This document shows positions 58,864-64,000 of a DNA stretch of 64,000 nucleotides, piece after piece; position 1 is the first letter of the stretch, and each line of letters starts with the position of its first letter. This stretch comes from an uncultured Candidatus Saccharibacteria bacterium. GTDB taxonomy: Bacteria > Patescibacteriota > Minisyncoccia > UBA6257 > 2-01-FULL-56-20. The notes beneath the pieces were generated by a model. It saw only the letters and a program-made list of their open reading frames with translations. It searched no databases and was not told the DNA's origin. The position numbers and the translations under genes were made by a program. The DNA lies in NCBI GenBank assembly GCA_964387675.1, contig CAYLWL010000001.1, forward strand, positions 74,819 through 138,818, in the 5' to 3' direction.

Positions 58864-59067
58864 ATGAAAACTAACCTCAACAATATTGATTTAGGGAAAA
58901 TAGCGAAAGAGCTCCGACGTTTTGAGGAACAGTGGGTTGCTATTTCCGAAAACAACGAAATCGTGGCGAGCGGGAATACCTATGGAGAAACCGTGGATAG
59001 GGTGAAGAATCCCGACGAGGTGATTCTTTTTAAGGTGCCTGCTTTGGACTATTCTCTTGCTCCATAA
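58864..59067 (+). CDS. DUF5678-like small protein
   Basis: QWVAI....IVASG motif. Confidence 0.8.
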   Translation: MKTNLNNIDLGKIAKELRRFEEQWVAISENNEIVASGNTYGETVDRVKNPDEVILFKVPALDYSLAP

Positions 59068-59072
59068 AGGGG

Positions 59073-59492
59073 ATGAAGTTTCGGTATCAGAAGTTTATTA
59101 TCGGAGGCCATGATCCCCACAAGCCGCTTATCGCGAGGCCGTATATTCCAGTTTCTCTTTTGGGAAAGAATAGAAAGACCCGTAGCCCCTATTACGCCTT
59201 GCTCGACTCTGGTGCGGACCGGATCATTTTCCCTGCGGACTTGGCAGTTGAAATTGGTATCAACGATATCACCACGGGGAATCTTGAGCCAACCGTCGGT
59301 ATCGCAAACCAAAAAGCAGATGTATTTTATCACCACCTTGCCCTTCAGGTAATGGGAGATCAAAGAATTTTGCCTTCAGAAGTCGGGTTTTCCAAGGAGA
59401 TATATCTGCCGATACTAGGCCGATCTTTCTTTGCGCATTTTAAGGCAGTAATCTTTACCGAGGCAAAAGAAGAGGTTGAACTGAAAAACTGA
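59073..59492 (+). CDS. retropepsin-like aspartic protease
   Basis: RPYIPV, ALLDSGAD, ILGRSFF. Confidence 0.85.
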   Translation: MKFRYQKFIIGGHDPHKPLIARPYIPVSLLGKNRKTRSPYYALLDSGADRIIFPADLAVEIGINDITTGNLEPTVGIANQKADVFYHHLALQVMGDQRILPSEVGFSKEIYLPILGRSFFAHFKAVIFTEAKEEVELKN

Positions 59493-59699
59493 ACAGTTCG
59501 ATATTTGACTCTCCCGTTGGTTTCGGTATATGCTTACGACATCGTTAAAGAGTCACTTATTCCTAAAAAACTCATGGGAGCAATCGCTAATAACGCGAAT
59601 AAAAGCAAATAACGCAGATAATAATTCGCGTTATTAATTAAAAGATTCGAGTTATTCGCGACTACTCCAAATTTATGAAGAATTTAGGTTTTAAATTAA

Positions 59700-61223
59700 A
59701 TGATCGAAACGGCACTATACATCATTGCCGGCCTTTTGGTCGGTTTTACGCTAGGGTATCTCGTTCGCAGGTTCGTTGCGATAAAACAACTCGGATCGAT
59801 CGAGGATAAAATCCGGAGGTCGGCCGAAGAAGCGGAAACCCGGGCGAAAGAAATCATCATCGAGGCGAAGGAAAAAGGTGCCTCGCTTTTGGTTGAGGCG
59901 AAGAACGAAGAAAGGCAAAGACGGAAAGAGATAGAGTCGCTTGAATCGCGCCTGATGGGCCGCGAGGACGCGCTCGACAAAAAACTCGCCTCCGTGAGCG
60001 CCGAAGAAAAAGACGTCCGCGCCAAAGCCGACGCCTTGAAGCAGAGAGAGGAGGAATTCAACGCGCTGGAAACAGAGATGCAGTCGAAACTCGAATCCGT
60101 AGGCCGCCTTACCGCGAGCGAGGCCCGGGAAGAATTGTTCAAGCAGATCAAAGAAGCAAGAAATCAGGACCTCACGAGATTAATAGAGAAAATCGACAAA
60201 GAGAACAGGGAAGAGGTCGAGAAGAAGTCGATGGAGATCATCACAACCGCCCTCCAGCGATATTCCCGATCACATGTTTCGGAGATCACGACTACCGCTT
60301 TCCATCTTGCCGATGAAGAATTGAAGGGCAAGATTATCGGCCGCGAAGGGAGAAATATCAGGGCTCTCGAGAAAGCGACCGGAGTCGAGTTCGTGATCGA
60401 CGAGACGCCGGACACGATTATCATTTCTTCGTTTGATCCGTACCGGCGGGAAATAGCGCGGATGGCGCTTGATAAGCTGATCAAAGACGGCCGCATCCAG
60501 CCGGCGAAGGTCGAGGAAAAAGTGGAAGAGGCGAAGTCGGAGCTTACGGAGCGCACGAGAGAGATCGGGGCCGCCGCCGCGGAAGAAGTCGGCGTGTTCG
60601 ACTTGCCGAAAGAGATTTTACAGCTCGTGGGGAGGTTGCATTTTCGAACGAGTTTCGGCCAAAATGTGTTGACCCATTCGATCGAGATGGCGCATATCGC
60701 GACTATGATGGCCGGCGAACTTGGTTTGAATGTTGACATCGCGAAGCGCGGGGCGTTACTCCACGACATCGGCAAGGCCATCGACCACGAGGTGGAAGGG
60801 ACGCACGTGGAGCTGGGCCGCAAGATTCTGAAGAAATACGGGATCAACGAGAAAGTGATCGAAGCGATGCAATCCCACCACGAGGACTACCCCTACGCCA
60901 TTCCGGAAGCGTACGTCGTGACCGCCGCGGACATCTTGTCCGCCGCGCGCCCGGGAGCTCGCCGCGGGACTGTGGAAAACTATATTAAGCGTTTGGCCGA
61001 CCTCGAGCGCATCGCCACCGACTTTCCGGGCGTCAAAAACGCTTATGCCATATCGGCCGGAAGGGAACTCCGGGTGTTCGTGATCCCCGAGAAGATCGAC
61101 GACTTCCGGGCGCTCGAGCTTGCCCGCGAGATTGCCAACAGGATCCAATCCGAGTTAAAATACCCGGGAGAGATTAAAGTCAATGTCATCCGGGAAATGA
61201 GGGCGGTCGAGTACGCCCGGTAA
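59700..61223 (+). CDS. rny: ribonuclease Y
   Basis: N-terminal TM, coiled coil, KH KGKIIGREGRNIR, HD LLHDIGK, SAARPGAR. Confidence 0.98.
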   Translation: MIETALYIIAGLLVGFTLGYLVRRFVAIKQLGSIEDKIRRSAEEAETRAKEIIIEAKEKGASLLVEAKNEERQRRKEIESLESRLMGREDALDKKLASVSAEEKDVRAKADALKQREEEFNALETEMQSKLESVGRLTASEAREELFKQIKEARNQDLTRLIEKIDKENREEVEKKSMEIITTALQRYSRSHVSEITTTAFHLADEELKGKIIGREGRNIRALEKATGVEFVIDETPDTIIISSFDPYRREIARMALDKLIKDGRIQPAKVEEKVEEAKSELTERTREIGAAAAEEVGVFDLPKEILQLVGRLHFRTSFGQNVLTHSIEMAHIATMMAGELGLNVDIAKRGALLHDIGKAIDHEVEGTHVELGRKILKKYGINEKVIEAMQSHHEDYPYAIPEAYVVTAADILSAARPGARRGTVENYIKRLADLERIATDFPGVKNAYAISAGRELRVFVIPEKIDDFRALELAREIANRIQSELKYPGEIKVNVIREMRAVEYAR

Positions 61224-61294
61224 AAAGCGTCAAGTATCAAGTGTCATGTATCAAGAGTTTTTATCATGACACCTGACACCTGACACCTGACACA

Positions 61295-62641
61295 ATGTTG
61301 TTAAAACTATCTAAATTCTTTCTCTACGCTTCGGTATTTGCCGTTTTGATCGTGATGATTTCGGCCTTTTTCCCGTTTATCGGCGGAAAGGATTATTATT
61401 TCAGATTCACGGTTGAGTTGGCTTTGATTTGTTTCGTGCTTTGGTGGGGATTCGTGGCAGAGCCCGGCGCCGCGCGCAAGATGGCAAAAGCATCTTTCGC
61501 GAAGCCGATGTTCATAGCCGTTTCGCTTTTTGTTCTTGTGTTCCTTTTGGCGTCGGCATTCGCGTATGATCCCGTTTCGGCTTTTTGGTCTAATTATGAG
61601 CGGGGAGAAGGGGGGTTTCAGATGATTCACTATTACGCTTTCTTCGTGCTCCTTTCTCTTTTATTCACGACGAAAGAAGATTGGGCGATGTTAATGAAGG
61701 TTTCGGTCATGGCGGCGGTTTTCATGATCCTCTATGGCGTTCTTGCGAATCTTGGTTTGGTGAAAACGTTCATCAGCGTATATCAAGAAGGAACGCCGCC
61801 GGCGGGCGTTTGGAGCCGGTTGACGCAAGGAAGGTTCCAGGGGTCGTTGGGAAACCCGGCGTATGTGGCTCCATATCTTTTATTTTCGCTTTTTTATCTT
61901 GCGTATCTTTGGGTGAGTAGGTCGGCGAAGACCGTATTGAGCGGTCTGGGGTACGGCGGATTGGCTTTGGTCTTCTTGTTCTTGTTTGTTTTAAGCCAGA
62001 CGAGAGGCGCCTTTGTCGGTTTGGGAACCGCGGTCTTCGTTTTTTTGGCATATCTTGCTTGGCACTCGAAGGATTTGAGAAAATGGCTTCTGTCGATTCT
62101 CGTCGTATGCGTGGCGCTCGTCTCGGGATTGATCTATTATCACGACTCGGCTTTTGTGAAGAAGCTGCCGGGCGGCAGAATCTTCGACATATCGATTTCT
62201 GATCAAACAGTCACGACCCGTTTGTGGACGTGGGGATCCGCGTGGGAGGGGTTCAAAGAGAGACCGATTTTGGGATGGGGGCCGGAAAACTTCAGCGCCG
62301 TGTTCGACAAATATTTCAATCCGGGCCACTACGTTCCGGGCAAAAACACGGAAACGTGGTTCGACCGGGCGCATAGCTTGTACTTCGACGCCCTTGTTGA
62401 GACCGGCGCTCTGGGATTCCTGTCATACTTCGGGATTTTCGCGGTGCTTTTTTGGCAACTGGCCCGCTTCTCCGCGAACAACGTTCGAAGCGCCGTCGTT
62501 CAAAAAGGGTTGATCATCGCGCTTTCTCTGGGATACCTGGTGCAGGGACTTGCCATTTTCGACGTACTGCCCATTTATATCAATCTTTTCTTGTTTTTCG
62601 CGTTCAGCAACTTTTATGTAAACCAATATGAATCCCGTTAG
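61295..62641 (+). CDS. O-antigen ligase (Wzy_C) family protein
   Basis: GSLGNP, SQTRGA, RPILGWGPENF, FDRAHS. Confidence 0.92.
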   Translation: MLLKLSKFFLYASVFAVLIVMISAFFPFIGGKDYYFRFTVELALICFVLWWGFVAEPGAARKMAKASFAKPMFIAVSLFVLVFLLASAFAYDPVSAFWSNYERGEGGFQMIHYYAFFVLLSLLFTTKEDWAMLMKVSVMAAVFMILYGVLANLGLVKTFISVYQEGTPPAGVWSRLTQGRFQGSLGNPAYVAPYLLFSLFYLAYLWVSRSAKTVLSGLGYGGLALVFLFLFVLSQTRGAFVGLGTAVFVFLAYLAWHSKDLRKWLLSILVVCVALVSGLIYYHDSAFVKKLPGGRIFDISISDQTVTTRLWTWGSAWEGFKERPILGWGPENFSAVFDKYFNPGHYVPGKNTETWFDRAHSLYFDALVETGALGFLSYFGIFAVLFWQLARFSANNVRSAVVQKGLIIALSLGYLVQGLAIFDVLPIYINLFLFFAFSNFYVNQYESR

Positions 62642-62743
62642 AAGCCGCGATCACTCTGCCAAATAAAAAAGTTTACCATATGTATAGTCGTCACCATAAA
62701 ATAATCTGCAGATTTGCGAAGATTGCGATCTGCTTCTAACGGG
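62634..62743 (+). repeat. CCCGTTAGAA...TTCTAACGGG hairpin element, copy 3
   Basis: 110 bp. It supplies the TAG stop of the O-antigen ligase gene and abuts the ATG at 62744. Confidence 0.9.
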
Positions 62744-63373
62744 ATGAATCAGCCACTCGCTAGGAAAGCGTGCGCGGTCTTACTCTCCGCCTTTATTCTT
62801 CTCGGCGCCTATTACGGCAGTTTTTTGCCGATGAGAAAGTCGCAGATTTTTATCTCGGCGATGAGGGATCTGCGCTCCGTGACCTCCGTTGCCGAATTCA
62901 AGAATGTTTTTGCCCGTCCGCTGGGCGTTCCTTCTCCTATCGGTCAGGAAGAGCTGGTTCGCAACGGCGCGAACACGGTGCTCAACGTTCTTCAGCAGAC
63001 CGACAAGCCGGAGGTCATAGCGGAGCTTATGGACTTCGTCGAGAGCTCGTATCGGCCGATCATCGAACGGGGTCGAGGCATGAGCTTCGAGCAGAATTTA
63101 TATATTATGGGAACGTTGAACGAACTGGCATTTATCAAGACCCAGGACAACAAATATTTCGCCGCCGCCAAAAGTTATTACAGCGAAGGACTCAAGCTCG
63201 GTCCAAAGCGGCCGCAATTCCTCTACGGCCTCTTCGACATTTACCGGATAGAGGGAAATGTTGAGGCCACCAAGGAAATTGCCGCGCAGATACTTTCGCA
63301 ATGGCCCGAAGATCAGCGCACCAAAGACGCCCTCGACGAGTTCATGCAGAAGATATTGACGGTTAAGAAATAA
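62744..63373 (+). CDS. membrane-anchored TPR-like hypothetical protein
   Basis: N-terminal TM and a TPR-like C-terminus (GLKLGPKRPQFLY.L). Confidence 0.75.
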   Translation: MNQPLARKACAVLLSAFILLGAYYGSFLPMRKSQIFISAMRDLRSVTSVAEFKNVFARPLGVPSPIGQEELVRNGANTVLNVLQQTDKPEVIAELMDFVESSYRPIIERGRGMSFEQNLYIMGTLNELAFIKTQDNKYFAAAKSYYSEGLKLGPKRPQFLYGLFDIYRIEGNVEATKEIAAQILSQWPEDQRTKDALDEFMQKILTVKK

Positions 63374-63391
63374 GGTGATAGAATAGGGGGA

Positions 63392-64000
63392 ATGAAAAAA
63401 GCGCTGATAACCGGGGTTACCGGCCAGGACGGTTCATATCTTGCCGAGTTTCTTCTCGAAAAAGGATACGACGTTCATGGCATTATACGCCGGGCTTCCA
63501 CATTCAATACGGGCAGAATCGACCACATCTACAAAGATCCGCACAATGAAGGGTCTCGTTTTCATCTTCATTACGGCGATCTGGCTGACGCGAACACCGT
63601 GCGCAGTTTAATTTATAAGATTCAGCCGGACGAATTCTACAATCTTGGCGCGCAGTCCCATGTTCGGGTTTCTTTCGATATTCCGGAATACACCGCGAAT
63701 GTGACGGGCGTCGGCACGCTCCGGGTTCTCGAAGCGATCAAGGATTTTGAGGAGCACACCGGAAAAAAGGTAAAATTCTACCAGGCATCCTCTTCGGAAA
63801 TGTTCGGGGCAACGCCCCCGCCGCAGAACGAGAAAACCCCGTTCCATCCGAGGAGTCCGTACGGCGTTTCGAAGGTGTTTTCTTTTTACGCGACCCAGAA
63901 TTATCGGGAGGCGTACGGAATGTTCGCGGTCAACGGCATTTTGTTTAATCACGAATCGGAACGGCGCGGGGAAACGTTCGTAACGAAAAAAATCACGAAA
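63392..64000 (+). CDS. gmd: GDP-mannose 4,6-dehydratase (partial, runs off the edge)
   Basis: [39 protein letters not shown]. Confidence 0.97.
   Translation, partial: MKKALITGVTGQDGSYLAEFLLEKGYDVHGIIRRASTFNTGRIDHIYKDPHNEGSRFHLHYGDLADANTVRSLIYKIQPDEFYNLGAQSHVRVSFDIPEYTANVTGVGTLRVLEAIKDFEEHTGKKVKFYQASSSEMFGATPPPQNEKTPFHPRSPYGVSKVFSFYATQNYREAYGMFAVNGILFNHESERRGETFVTKKITK

Noticed and set aside
61295-63373. A single O-antigen ligase-TPR gene split by the hairpin element
   Set aside because: Removing the element with either an AT or an ATGAAT duplication still leaves two overlapping ORFs in different frames.
1-64000. CRISPR array or cas genes
   Set aside because: No regularly spaced direct repeats with unique spacers; the arrays seen are degenerate 7/9-mers.
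1-64000. Alternative genetic code (TGA as Gly)
   Set aside because: TGA ends conserved genes at the expected positions (e.g. nusA, polA-like, ATGA overlaps), and there are no in-frame TGA interruptions.

Overview
This is a chromosomal window from a small-genome bacterium, most likely Patescibacteria/CPR (Parcubacteria-like). That call is inferred from the gene content, the PrgI/VirB4/VirB6/pilin cluster, the shortened housekeeping proteins and the -10 boxes placed just ahead of start codons. It holds the dnaA-dnaN / rpmH-rnpA-yidC-jag origin region and housekeeping genes (gpmI, secG, rpsT, holA, tsaE, ruvB, ruvC, rsmA, pcrA, comM, nusA, hppA, clpP, tyrS, rny, gmd). It also holds a PilB ATPase, a T4SS-like cluster, four or five toxin-antitoxin-like pairs, tRNA-Gly(TCC) and a rare tRNA-Ile(TAT). 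A serine-recombinase island is integrated at the tRNA-Ile CCA end, with nested inverted att copies and an IS200 element. The most notable unexplained signals are non-coding. (1) Three copies of a 110-118 bp hairpin (CCCGTTAGAA...TTCTAACGGG, 4-nt 3' bulge, covarying stems) each end exactly at the ATG of dnaA, pilB and a gene next to the O-antigen ligase. (2) Several families of short palindromes and 7/9-mer repeat arrays are inserted in frame in housekeeping genes and flank a four-helix-bundle gene. (3) There are two perfect 44-bp palindromes. (4) There are several promoter-to-hairpin candidate small RNAs. All calls were made by eye from the sequence and ORF track; no searches or folding programs were run.
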